Virus record (IMG/VR): IMGVR_UViG_3300036833_000303
Location: 6,208 to 70,207 of that record
DNA length: 64,000 nucleotides
Source of the DNA: a virus
Taxonomy: Duplodnaviria > Caudoviricetes
Strand: one strand, 5' to 3'
In this document: positions 1 to 8,832 of the stretch, one piece after another
How positions within the stretch are numbered: position 1 is the first letter of the stretch
How the letters are laid out: every line of letters begins with the position of its first letter
Made by a program: the position numbers and the translations under genes
Notes under the pieces: generated by a model
Database searches by the model: none
The model's input: the letters and a program-made list of their open reading frames with translations, nothing else
Told to the model about the DNA's origin: nothing

Positions 1-14
1 GCTGTAGTTTAGAG

Positions 15-461
15 GTGTATGCGTGCTGGGTGCGGTTGCTGCCATGGGCGATCCAGCACAAGCCGCCGGGCTATCTGCCGAATGATCTTTTAGGACTCAG
101 TCGTTTACTCAGAGTGCCCGGTTCTCGCAAAGTCGGGCGCTTGCTTGATGAACTCGAAGAGCTTGGCTTGGTGAAGCGGACCAAAACCCGGCTCTCCATT
201 CCATATTTGGTCAGCATGCGTATGTCGCCCAGACATTGGGAGGAATTGCGCGAGAAAGTGTTCCAGCGCGATGGCTACCGATGCGTCTATTGTGGGTCGG
301 AGGTACCGCCGCTGCACTGCGATCATCGGATCCCGATATCCCGTGGCGGTTCGAACGCGATCGGAAATTTGGCGACTGCGTGTGAACTGTGTAATCGCGA
401 CAAGCGTGATCAAACGCCTGAAGAATGGCAAGGACGAGTGGTCATCGGGGGGGAGGCTTAA
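15..461 (+). CDS. HNH endonuclease with DUF1376-like N-terminus (probably 5'-truncated by the window)
   Basis: RDGYRCVYCG...HCDHRIPISRGGSNAIGNLATACELCNRDK is a classic HNH motif. The frame is open back to the window start. Confidence 0.8.
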   Translation: MYACWVRLLPWAIQHKPPGYLPNDLLGLSRLLRVPGSRKVGRLLDELEELGLVKRTKTRLSIPYLVSMRMSPRHWEELREKVFQRDGYRCVYCGSEVPPLHCDHRIPISRGGSNAIGNLATACELCNRDKRDQTPEEWQGRVVIGGEA

Positions 462-464
462 GCA

Positions 465-1751
465 ATGGCGCAGGCACCGATTATGCCGGTATTCACCGAT
501 GCGCTCATTGGCGACACCACGCATCTGTCAACCGAACAGTTCGGCGCTTATTTCCTGATCCTGTTGGCGACCTGGCGTAACAACGGTCGGGCCTTGCCCG
601 ATGACGATGAACGGATGGCGCATGTTTGCCGCGCGACCATGAAACGGTGGCGTGCGAAATTGCGACCTGTGCTGCTCGAATTTTTCGATGTCTCTGACGG
701 CTTCTGGCATCAAAAGCGGCTGGAAACGGAATGGGATCGCGTCACCAAAATGATCGCGGAACGTCGTTCTTCTGCGGCGCATGCCAGGAAGGCTAAGCCA
801 CGGAAAAACCGAGAAACACGTTTAGCTAATCAACGTTGGTATCAAGCAGCAAAACGGCTTGAAACCAACGAGCAACCAAAGGAGGAGCTTCGCTCCTCTA
901 ATCCAGACTCCCTTCCCATACATGTTGAACCTTCTGAATCCCTTGACGCCGCGCACGCGAGCAAGGAAGAAAGCGTTAAAACAAAAGTTGTGGAGACCCG
1001 AGACGCGAGCTGCGCTCGCCTTGATGGCCTTCAACCCGTGCAACCCGAACCGGATGCTGCGATAACAGAAACGCCGGTCGGGATTGGTCCGGCCGGCGTT
1101 CCAACGGGAGTTATCGATGATGGTACCATCGAAGCTTCCGCGACGGATTATCGTGGTTTTGGTCTTCGAGATCAAGAAGCTCTTGGTTGTGAGGATCAGG
1201 CTCACGGTGTCATAGCGGAGGGGGCCGCGTCAACCGGCGCGGCCCTTCCCGGGCAGGCGAAAACCGGCGATCAACGCGAACGGAAACGGGGGTGTCGCCT
1301 CAGCCCGATCGGTCAATCGCGACCGCGACCGCCGCCGTGCGATCCGATCCGCCGCGACTTCCGCCGCCGGCAGCAGATCCTCAACCTCGAGGAATGGCTC
1401 AAAACCACCTCGCTCGGCGACCCGGACAAGCAGCGGCGAGCCCAGGAGGTGCTCGCCGGCGCCAAGGCGGCGCTCCACGACCCGGCGCCGGCCGCGTGGA
1501 AGGCCCGGCCCTTCGCGGACAAGCTCCTCTACGACGAGCTGGCCGCGCTCTATGCCGCCCACCGCCCGCTGCGCCGCGGTGAGAGCCCGTCGCTCGAACG
1601 GCGCCGGCAACTGCACGAGATCCAGTTCCGCGGCTGTCCGCCACCGCCGGCCGCTCGGTGGCAGGCCTGGGACCGCAGCGTGCTGCAAGGCATGCCACCG
1701 CCCCCGAGGCTTGCCCTGCGGAGCTCCGCGAGCGGAGCGGGGGCCGCATGA
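465..1751 (+). CDS. DUF1376/YdaU-family phage replication initiator-like protein
   Basis: N-terminus MPVFTDALIGDTTHLSTEQFGAYFLILLATW...LPDDDERMA...QKRL matches the DUF1376 pattern. Early-operon position. Confidence 0.7.
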   Translation: MAQAPIMPVFTDALIGDTTHLSTEQFGAYFLILLATWRNNGRALPDDDERMAHVCRATMKRWRAKLRPVLLEFFDVSDGFWHQKRLETEWDRVTKMIAERRSSAAHARKAKPRKNRETRLANQRWYQAAKRLETNEQPKEELRSSNPDSLPIHVEPSESLDAAHASKEESVKTKVVETRDASCARLDGLQPVQPEPDAAITETPVGIGPAGVPTGVIDDGTIEASATDYRGFGLRDQEALGCEDQAHGVIAEGAASTGAALPGQAKTGDQRERKRGCRLSPIGQSRPRPPPCDPIRRDFRRRQQILNLEEWLKTTSLGDPDKQRRAQEVLAGAKAALHDPAPAAWKARPFADKLLYDELAALYAAHRPLRRGESPSLERRRQLHEIQFRGCPPPPAARWQAWDRSVLQGMPPPPRLALRSSASGAGAA

Positions 1752-2020
1752 TCTCGATCGGCGAGGCGCTCAAACGTCCGGAGCCAGCGCCGGAGCCCTC
1801 TGCTTCGCATGAAGCTTCGCAGGGCAATGATCGCACGCTGTCCTTGGTCGAGTTTGTGCTGCGCCGGTTTCCATCGGAACAGGCCGAATTCGCAGTGCTG
1901 GCACTGATGGGCGACGACCCCGAGCATGATGCCGAATGGTGGGCGCAGCGCATCGAGAGGCTGATCCAACTCGAAGACCCGCCGGAACCTTGCAAGCTCC
2001 AGCCCGAGATCGCGGCATGA
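1748..2020 (+). CDS. Hypothetical protein
   Basis: ATGA overlap with the previous gene. Contains a palindromic repeat copy (SHEASQG). Confidence 0.5.
   Translation: MISIGEALKRPEPAPEPSASHEASQGNDRTLSLVEFVLRRFPSEQAEFAVLALMGDDPEHDAEWWAQRIERLIQLEDPPEPCKLQPEIAA
1795..1827. repeat. Palindromic miniature repeat (in CDS)
   Basis: 1800-1827 is identical over 28 bp to 4696-4723. Confidence 0.8.
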
Positions 2021-2537
2021 GTGCGTCCTATGCGAACGAGCGCGATTAGGGAGGTGAGAGGGTGATATTGATCAGAATTCGCCCCTCTTTCGATTTGAGC
2101 AGGCGGGCGAGCCAACGCGGCAGCCAGATCGATATCGTGCGCTCGCGTGGACTTAGTGGCTCATCGGGATCGTGGGGGACCGGAAAGCGGAAGCCAAATT
2201 CCATGGCCGTACCTTTCGCGAGGTTCGACCCGGAGGAGGAAGTCAACCGGATGAACCGATTGACCTCCCCCTGCTTAATCGATGATGATCTTGACGCGCA
2301 AGCGCCAGAACCTCATGATCAGCAGGAGTCTGTGATGCTTCTTCATCACATTCTCCTCACAGGTGCCGACCGAACCATCCGGTCGGCATTTGCTTTGTAT
2401 GCCATGAGCGCGTTGTTGCTCAAGCTTGCCGCGAGCAGCGCCAACAGCCTGGCAAGCTATAAAAAACCGGCGCCATTGCTATGACCGTATTGTTCGCGCC
2501 GAGCCGCGATGGAGGCGCGCGAACAGGAGTTTGTCGA

Positions 2538-2750
2538 ATGAACCGTCTGGTGTTGGAAGCCGATGGCGCGATGCTGGTCGCCGACCTCGAAGATGATGAT
2601 TTCCTGCATACCGTTGTGCCCGAGGGCGAGACGATCGGCCAATTCCGCATTGTTGTCGGCGGCAGACCGGAGCACTCCCTCGGGGAAATTCACCTCGACC
2701 GCGACCAGGCCCGGCAGTTGCGCGACTGGCTCAATGCGGCGCTCGCCTGA
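2538..2750 (+). CDS. Hypothetical protein
   Basis: AGGAG RBS before ATG 2538. Lies between 34-bp direct repeats. Confidence 0.55.
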   Translation: MNRLVLEADGAMLVADLEDDDFLHTVVPEGETIGQFRIVVGGRPEHSLGEIHLDRDQARQLRDWLNAALA

Positions 2751-2764
2751 CCGGGGCCATCGCT

Positions 2765-3349
2765 ATGACCGAATTGTTCGCGCCGAGCCTCGCCGACCAG
2801 AAGAAACAAGTTCGAGCCCAACGGCGAGCGCGCCTGAAGGCTGAGTTGGCAGGAATCCCAGCTTCTTGTCATCCACACAGACCGGCTTGCGTCAAAAAAA
2901 CGACCTTATGTCGACCCTGCTATGACGCCCTCAGGTTCGCCAAACGACCTGAATTGGGTAAACGAAAGAGGGCTCGTCAGGCGAAATATTATCATCAGTA
3001 CTATAAAGATCATCGGAACAAAATACTGCATTCCAAGCGCGAGAAATACGCAGATCAGGACATTTCTTGGCGCCGACAAACATCGCTTAAACAGCGATAC
3101 GGCTTGACGCTAGAGGATTACGATAACCTTCTACAATTACAAAATGGCGTGTGTGCGATTTGTGGTCGGCCACCACGCGGAAAAACCAAGGGGCGACGTC
3201 TCTATGTAGACCACGATCAGACGACTGGCAGAGTGCGAGGTTTACTATGCCCTAGCTGCAATACCACGTTGGGGCAGTTCAATCATGATCCGGCTGTACT
3301 GTTGGCGGCCATCAATTACCTAAGGCGCGAGTTGCCAAATGGCGATTGA
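2765..3349 (+). CDS. Endonuclease VII-type (HNH) homing endonuclease
   Basis: LKQRYGLTLEDYDNLLQLQNGVCAICG...LYVDHDQTTGRVRGLLCPSCNTTLG matches the EndoVII motif. Lower GC than its flanks. Confidence 0.82.
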   Translation: MTELFAPSLADQKKQVRAQRRARLKAELAGIPASCHPHRPACVKKTTLCRPCYDALRFAKRPELGKRKRARQAKYYHQYYKDHRNKILHSKREKYADQDISWRRQTSLKQRYGLTLEDYDNLLQLQNGVCAICGRPPRGKTKGRRLYVDHDQTTGRVRGLLCPSCNTTLGQFNHDPAVLLAAINYLRRELPNGD

Positions 3350-3566
3350 TCTTCAGGACCAAATAAACTGCGTTCGCCGCGAGATCGGCAAGCGGCGGGT
3401 GGCCTACCCGCGGTTCGTCGCCTCACCGAAGCACCACCACAATCACATGACCCAAGCCAAGGCGGATAGGGAGATCCAGCTTATGTGTGCAGTGCTTGCC
3501 ACTTTGGAGGAACTGCAGCAGCTGGGCAAAACCATGTTGGAGGGGGCAATGACGCAACGACTCTGA
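3339..3566 (+). CDS. Conserved small phage protein
   Basis: DQINCVRREIGKRRVAYPRFV...MTQAKADREIQLMCAVLATL pattern, common in phage early regions. Confidence 0.7.
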   Translation: MAIDLQDQINCVRREIGKRRVAYPRFVASPKHHHNHMTQAKADREIQLMCAVLATLEELQQLGKTMLEGAMTQRL

Positions 3567-3570
3567 TGAC

Positions 3571-3660
3571 GTGCGCTTCGGCTGCGGGCTGCGCAACGGA
3601 TTGCTGATCAGCACGCTGATCTGGGCCGCAATCATCTGGGCATTGGTGCACTACCTGTGA
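3571..3660 (+). CDS. Possible single-TM micropeptide
   Basis: GTG-started VRFGCGLRNGLLISTLIWAAIIWALVHYL. The start is uncertain and the 5' end may be frameshifted. Confidence 0.3.
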   Translation: MRFGCGLRNGLLISTLIWAAIIWALVHYL

Positions 3661-3675
3661 GAAGGAGGTTTGACC

Positions 3676-4113
3676 ATGAATTCACACGCGGCTTTTGCTC
3701 TGGCACATCCGGTGTTCGATCCGGAGCGCCAGATTGTCGGCAGGCATTACTGGCTCGAGGACCGCACCGTCACCGCCTGCCTGACCGTCAACCTCGGCAT
3801 GGAGTGAACGCGCTATGCGGAGGGCCGTCCGCTGTGGCAGTTGAGCCTCGCGGCTCACACGTCCGAGGGTCCTCTGCTGGTGCTCCGTTGGAGCCCGACG
3901 CGCCGCCGCCGCATGGAGCGGATCAGGGACCGGATCTTTTTTGGGCTCGGCACCGACGAGCCGCTGTTTGAGGAGGTCCTGCCCGACGATCTGGCGATCG
4001 CGCGGTTTGGTAACCTGCCGATCTCGGTGAGCTGGCGCAAGCCGCTGTCGCTCGCCGAGGTCAATCAGATGGCACCGACCGCAGAAGTGCGTCAACGACC
4101 GGGTAGACCATAG
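3676..4113 (+). CDS. Hypothetical protein interrupted by one in-frame TGA (3805-3807); selenoprotein candidate or pseudogene
   Basis: AAGGAGG RBS, ATG 3676, 43 codons, TGA, then the same frame stays open to 4113. No RBS before the downstream TTG 3841. Confidence 0.55.
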
Positions 4114-4128
4114 GAGAAGGAGTGCCCA

Positions 4129-4647
4129 ATGAGCTGCTTATTCTGTGTCCATTACACGACGACTGAACCGGCCGAACATCGACAAGCGCGTGAAGCCGGG
4201 CAATGCCCGGACCACTGCACTTCGGGCCAGGAATGGGACTTCGGACAGGCTATGCGCTATGTGGCCTTGAACAACAAAATGTTGGTGGGCGTATGTCGGC
4301 TGAATGCCGAGCCGGTGCAGAAAACCTGTGCCGATGTCTGCGGGCACATCGAGTTGGTCGAGGCAAGTTACCGCACCCCACGCAACTACGATCGTCATGT
4401 GCGGTCGCGCAAGCCCGGTGAAAACCTGGTCGCTTGGGCGCAGCGCCAAATGCGGCTTCTCGTGCACGGCGATTATTGGGAACGGAACCGCAAAGACGCG
4501 GAAAACCAAAATGAGCGCCTAAAAGGCCAGCTCAAAGCCGTCCGCAAAATCTCGGCCGGCCGTCTGGCACAGATCAGAAAGCTGAAGCCGGCAAAGCAAA
4601 CTCCAGCACCCCCGCATCTGGTGCCAATGGCGGAAGCAGCCGACTGA
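4129..4647 (+). CDS. Hypothetical protein with Cys motifs and C-terminal coiled coil
   Basis: GGAG RBS; CxxC at the N-terminus. Confidence 0.6.
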   Translation: MSCLFCVHYTTTEPAEHRQAREAGQCPDHCTSGQEWDFGQAMRYVALNNKMLVGVCRLNAEPVQKTCADVCGHIELVEASYRTPRNYDRHVRSRKPGENLVAWAQRQMRLLVHGDYWERNRKDAENQNERLKGQLKAVRKISAGRLAQIRKLKPAKQTPAPPHLVPMAEAAD

Positions 4648-4667
4648 TTCATCGGAGGGTTTGGGAC

Positions 4668-5210
4668 GTGGCAAAAGCGAAAACCAGGACGGCCCCTGCT
4701 TCGCATGAAGCTTCGCAGGGCAAGAGCGAGATCGTCAACCGCGATGCGCTCGGCCGGTTTGTAACCCGCATCGAGATCCTGCGCGACGACCGCAAGGGAA
4801 TTAACGACACGCTGAAAGAGGTCTACGAGGAGGTCCGGCAAGCCGGCATGGACGCCGAGACCGTGCGCCAGATGGTGCGCGAGCGGGAGCTTGATCCGCA
4901 GATCCGGCAGGACCAGTACGCCCTGCGCGACGAATACCGCCGGGCCCTCGGGCTCTACCTCGACACGCCGCTCGGCCAGTCAGCCATGCGAAGCGCTTCG
5001 GAGCTTCAGCGAAGTAGGGGCGAAGCAGGGGCGATGGAGCCGAGTGTGACCGAGGCGCCCACCGTCAACGGGCGGGCCGCTAAGAAGCCGCGGCCGTTCG
5101 CCAAGCAGACCGTTCACGACCCGCGCCGCAGCCGCAAGCGCAAGAGCGTCGACGACGGCTTGGCCGAGGCCCGGGCGCATCTCGGGGGCGAGCCCGCGGG
5201 AACCGCGTGA
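4668..5210 (+). CDS. GapR/DUF2312 (UPF0335)-like DNA-binding protein
   Basis: LGRFVTRIEILRDDRKGINDTLKEVYEEVRQAGMDAETVRQMVRERELD matches the GapR pattern. Confidence 0.75.
   Translation: MAKAKTRTAPASHEASQGKSEIVNRDALGRFVTRIEILRDDRKGINDTLKEVYEEVRQAGMDAETVRQMVRERELDPQIRQDQYALRDEYRRALGLYLDTPLGQSAMRSASELQRSRGEAGAMEPSVTEAPTVNGRAAKKPRPFAKQTVHDPRRSRKRKSVDDGLAEARAHLGGEPAGTA
4692..4723. repeat. Palindromic miniature repeat (in CDS)
   Basis: CTGC-TTCGC-ATGA-AGCTTC-GCAG. Confidence 0.8.
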
Positions 5211-5677
5211 GCGCTGCCGCACACTGGTCGAGCTCGCGCGATAAAGCGCCACGCTTCAAGTTGACCGCGCCCGAGCCGCTCGAGGTCGACATCCACCAGG
5301 CCTGCGCCGAGGCCCTCGACAAGCTCTTGCTGCCGCCGGCGGTGTGGGCGTGCTATCCGGCCGGTGCGACGCAGCTGACGGCGCAACAGGTGGCGCGCTA
5401 TTCACGCCTCGGGCTCAAGCGCGGCTGGCCGGATTTGATTATCATCTTCGACGGCCGGATCTTCGGGCTCGAATTGAAGCGCAAAGGTGGGCGGCTTTCG
5501 AAAACACGCGTCAGCCGGACCCGCCGGGGCAGCCCGCGCATCCTCGACGGTCAGAAAGATGTCTTCAAGCGGCTGGCAGCTGCTGGCATGACGATCGCCG
5601 TCGCCCACTCGGTCGACGAGATGCTGGCCCAGCTCGCCCGCTGGGATATCCCGCTGCGCGCCAGAGTCGTGGCATGA
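5207..5677 (+). CDS. VRR-NUC family nuclease (Holliday-junction resolvase-like)
   Basis: EVDIH...GLKRGWPDLIII...GLELKRKGGRLS...Q motif. Confidence 0.72.
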   Translation: MSAAAHWSSSRDKAPRFKLTAPEPLEVDIHQACAEALDKLLLPPAVWACYPAGATQLTAQQVARYSRLGLKRGWPDLIIIFDGRIFGLELKRKGGRLSKTRVSRTRRGSPRILDGQKDVFKRLAAAGMTIAVAHSVDEMLAQLARWDIPLRARVVA

Positions 5678-5702
5678 ACATAACCCACGGAGGAGAAACT
5701 AC

Positions 5703-5963
5703 ATGGCCAAGTCAGAACAGAAGGTCGAGCGCACCATGCATGGCCTGGTCGACGCGTTGTTCAATTCGATCGACCGGTTGAACAACAACGAGATCGACGC
5801 CGAGCAGGCCCGCGCGATCTCGCACACCGCCAAGACCATCGTCAGCGTCGCCGCGCTCGAGCTCGAATATCGCAAATGGACGAGCTCCGAGCCAACGCTG
5901 TCGGGACAGCTCGAATCGTTGCTCATTAGCGGTCCGAGCCCCGAGGCGCCCGTACCCCAGTGA
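5703..5963 (+). CDS. Hypothetical protein (paralogue of 7256-7513)
   Basis: GGAG RBS; GLVDALFNSIDRL...AISHTAKTIVSVAALELEY. Confidence 0.6.
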   Translation: MAKSEQKVERTMHGLVDALFNSIDRLNNNEIDAEQARAISHTAKTIVSVAALELEYRKWTSSEPTLSGQLESLLISGPSPEAPVPQ

Positions 5964-6247
5964 TCGCGACCCCGCTACGGCGGGATTGTCGCACCCCGCT
6001 CTACCCGGTGGAGTGTCCGATCTGCGGTGCGCGGCTGGGCGCGCTCTACCGCGACGGATTGACTTTGCGCATGTTCGCTCGGCCGTGCAGCGATCGCTGC
6101 GTGCGGTTGTGGGGTTACGGACGAGGTAGGGCGAGCTGGCGCGACTATCCCCCGGTCATCCGCCAAGTCTATCTAGCCGCGGGATTACTGGAATATGAAA
6201 CACGTCAAGCGACCGCCTCTGCGTCTCTACCGGACGCTGTTCCCTGA
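5960..6247 (+). CDS. Hypothetical Zn-finger-like protein
   Basis: GTGA overlap; CPICG...CSDRC. Confidence 0.35.
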   Translation: MIATPLRRDCRTPLYPVECPICGARLGALYRDGLTLRMFARPCSDRCVRLWGYGRGRASWRDYPPVIRQVYLAAGLLEYETRQATASASLPDAVP

Positions 6248-7241
6248 CCTCAAGCGACAAATGCAGGAAAGAAACAAAACGCCCGATCGGCAGCCGGAAT
6301 CCGTTAGTAGGGCTCACTTCATTCACGGCATGCTGCTACAGCAAGCTGTGGTATTTGACTGTCGATCCTTGCCACTGGACTTTATCCGTGAGACCGGAGA
6401 TGCGTGTTTTGCCGAAAAACAAGCGCTACAAGAAAAAATCCAGATACCATTTCCAATATGTTATTTCGAGTTCGAGGCTCATCCTAAATCGCTGGTCCGG
6501 GCGATTGTCGCAGAACAGATCCGTAGCTATGACGGGATGGATGAAGAATTGTCGATCCCTGGGACTCGGGATTGGGCCGACCCTCCAGACGGAAAACCTC
6601 TATTGGGCGACATCGTCAGGACATGGTTTTATCCAGCCTGGTCCCCGCAGTTTGATCCAGACGGGCCACGCGAAGCGTGGAATCTTACTTTGGAACAACT
6701 AAAGGATTTGGCGGACAGATCATTGTTTAACACTGTGGCGGGTGATTTTACCAATGGGGCAATCGGACAGGATGAGTTTTTCGTCGTGCGAGAGCTATAC
6801 ACCACGTCGGGCTTCCGTATCGAACCGGGATCGCTAGAAGACGCCACAGCCCGAGAGGCTGCGATCATGCTGCTCGGAGCACTGGTCCTCCTCGACGAGA
6901 AACTGGTGATTGACACCTTCGTTCCCGACCCGGTGGCGTGGTGGCAACGCGAACGAATCAGGAAAGGTAAACCACCTACTTCCGGAGATGCTCATGTGCT
7001 GACCGTCAACGTGCCCGCTGTACGTTATGCGGTGAGCCGCAGCGCGGTCGCTGCCGGTACCCACGAATCGCCTTGTCTGCATTGGCGCCGAGGGCATTCG
7101 CGCACCCTTCACCGTGGCAGTGAGTTCGAGAGCGCGACATGGGTGCGGCGCTGCCTCGTTGGCGATCCCGACAAGGGCTTTGTGGCACCGCGCTACCGGC
7201 TGACCAGCCGCTTGCCGATGCCTGGCGAAGTCGTCCATTGA
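6195..7241 (+). CDS. Hypothetical phage protein
   Basis: 348-aa ORF with C-terminal SPCLHWRRGH...WV...LVG motif seen in phage proteins. Confidence 0.65.
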   Translation: MKHVKRPPLRLYRTLFPDLKRQMQERNKTPDRQPESVSRAHFIHGMLLQQAVVFDCRSLPLDFIRETGDACFAEKQALQEKIQIPFPICYFEFEAHPKSLVRAIVAEQIRSYDGMDEELSIPGTRDWADPPDGKPLLGDIVRTWFYPAWSPQFDPDGPREAWNLTLEQLKDLADRSLFNTVAGDFTNGAIGQDEFFVVRELYTTSGFRIEPGSLEDATAREAAIMLLGALVLLDEKLVIDTFVPDPVAWWQRERIRKGKPPTSGDAHVLTVNVPAVRYAVSRSAVAAGTHESPCLHWRRGHSRTLHRGSEFESATWVRRCLVGDPDKGFVAPRYRLTSRLPMPGEVVH

Positions 7242-7255
7242 GGAGAACAAAATCT

Positions 7256-7513
7256 TTGGAAACGAAAAAAAAGCTGTTCGAAGCCCGCCCGCCCGCGCGG
7301 CGCTCGACCACCGGGTTGCGCGACGCGCTGTTCGACGAGATCGACCGCATCCGCGCCGGCACTGGCAACCTGCTGGAGGCTGGCGCCATCGCGCGCCTAG
7401 CCCAGCAGATTGTCGCGGTGACGCGCATCGAGATGGAATACGCGCTGACCGCTGAGCGCTTCCCGGAATTGACCCCACCGCGCGACATCGTCTTGTCGAG
7501 TGGTGGTAAGTAG
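7256..7513 (+). CDS. Hypothetical protein (paralogue of 5703-5963)
   Basis: GAGGAG RBS + TTG; GLRDALFDEIDRI...AIARLAQQIVAVTRIEMEY. Confidence 0.55.
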   Translation: METKKKLFEARPPARRSTTGLRDALFDEIDRIRAGTGNLLEAGAIARLAQQIVAVTRIEMEYALTAERFPELTPPRDIVLSSGGK

Positions 7514-8015
7514 GCGCCGCCATCTTCGCCGCGTCGCACCCGGAACCAACCTTTCGCGGGCCGGCCAAGCAGCGGTAGACGCGGCCCGTCCTCGCCTCAC
7601 TAGATACCAGCGACGCAAGGAAGCCAGGCTCGCCGCCATCGCCGCGGAACGCGTCCGGCTGGAGGAGGTCGCCCGCCAGCGGCGCCAGATCCGCGCAGAC
7701 AAGCGCTTGGCCCGGCTCGAGAAGAGCCGCAAGCGGCGGCTCTTCGAAACCCCTATCCAGGGACAATGTGCGCTGTGCCACCACTATGGCCCGCATGGCG
7801 ATTTGTGGCCATATCGCTGGTTTGGCGTCCCCGACAATTTTTGGTCGGTCGCGCCGATGTGCGATACCTGCTGGATCGAATGCACTCGTTTCTTTAGCCG
7901 ACGTCGGATCGTCCGCGATCTCGATCATCGCATCGACGGCGATGATGTCGTGCTATTCCTCGCTCACATGCTGAAGAAACCGCCGATCTGGCTGAGGAAC
8001 CTCTGGGACGGATAA
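7500..8015 (+). CDS. Hypothetical protein with basic N-terminus and CxxC pairs
   Basis: CALC and CDTC motifs. Confidence 0.45.
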   Translation: MVVSRRRHLRRVAPGTNLSRAGQAAVDAARPRLTRYQRRKEARLAAIAAERVRLEEVARQRRQIRADKRLARLEKSRKRRLFETPIQGQCALCHHYGPHGDLWPYRWFGVPDNFWSVAPMCDTCWIECTRFFSRRRIVRDLDHRIDGDDVVLFLAHMLKKPPIWLRNLWDG

Positions 8016-8142
8016 ACGGGAAGCGGCGCCGACCAGGGGGGATCAGCGCCGCCTTTTGGGAGGAAGAGCGAAGATACCACGGGGGGGTGGATGGTTCGCC
8101 GTTCCAGGTTGGAACCATTCTTAGCACAGGAAACCCGACAAA

Positions 8143-8760
8143 ATGAAGCGTGGACATCGGGGCCGGCCACGCCAGGCCGAGGCGCGCCGCCGCGCCACCA
8201 CACGGGCGGGCCGCGCACCCAAGCCCGATCTCGGCACGGCCGAACTGCGCCTACTGCGGCAACGGCTGAACGGGCGAATCGATCTGCCCGCAGATCCGCT
8301 GGGGGCGTTGCTGGCGCGCGAGCTGATCGAGCTGCCCCAGTATAGCGCCGCCCGCCGCTATGCCTATCTGGTGGCCCGCGCGCGCGCCGGCTGGGGGCTT
8401 TCCGAGGGCTCGGTCGCCGATCTCTACCGCCGAATGATCGCCGGCACGATCGGCGACATCGCCACCCGGCACCTCGAGTCCGGCAGCCCGGGCGAGAGCG
8501 AGGCGGCCGAACGCGAGTTGCTGCGCATGAACGCCGAATTGCGACCGCCGGGCGATTCCGGTGTCGGCTTCCATATGGTGCGTGCCGTGGTGCTCGATTC
8601 GGCGTGGCCGAGTTGGCTCAAGCGCAAGATCCTGCGCGAGCCGGAGCGCCCGCGCGACGATGCGCGGCTGGCAATCCTGCGCGAGGCACTCGGGCGCCTG
8701 GTCAGCCTGCGCCGACCGCGTCCGCTCGTCGAACCGGTTGCGGTCCAAGAAATTGCTTGA
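8143..8760 (+). CDS. Putative late-gene regulator
   Basis: Last gene of the early rightward operon, where Q-like regulators usually sit. The function is positional inference only. Confidence 0.5.
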   Translation: MKRGHRGRPRQAEARRRATTRAGRAPKPDLGTAELRLLRQRLNGRIDLPADPLGALLARELIELPQYSAARRYAYLVARARAGWGLSEGSVADLYRRMIAGTIGDIATRHLESGSPGESEAAERELLRMNAELRPPGDSGVGFHMVRAVVLDSAWPSWLKRKILREPERPRDDARLAILREALGRLVSLRRPRPLVEPVAVQEIA

Positions 8761-8832
8761 CGAGCGTGCGGGTTTCGCTTGCTACTCTGATGCGACGTAA
8801 TTGAGGGTTCCCTGCTCGTCGCCGCATTCTCA

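Noticed and set aside
882-898. GAGGAG-CTTCG-CTCCTC hairpin as replication origin or repeat copy
   Set aside because: A simple hairpin lacking the two-part core of the repeat family. No iteron array was seen in the initiator gene.
2017-2480. Coding status of the region after the 1748 gene
   Set aside because: Several broken frames (one with an internal TAG). It may be a decayed gene, but I could not support a product.
8755-8790. Late promoter TTGACG...TACTCT after the putative late regulator
   Set aside because: The spacing is 20 bp, too long for a canonical sigma70 promoter. Position is suggestive only.
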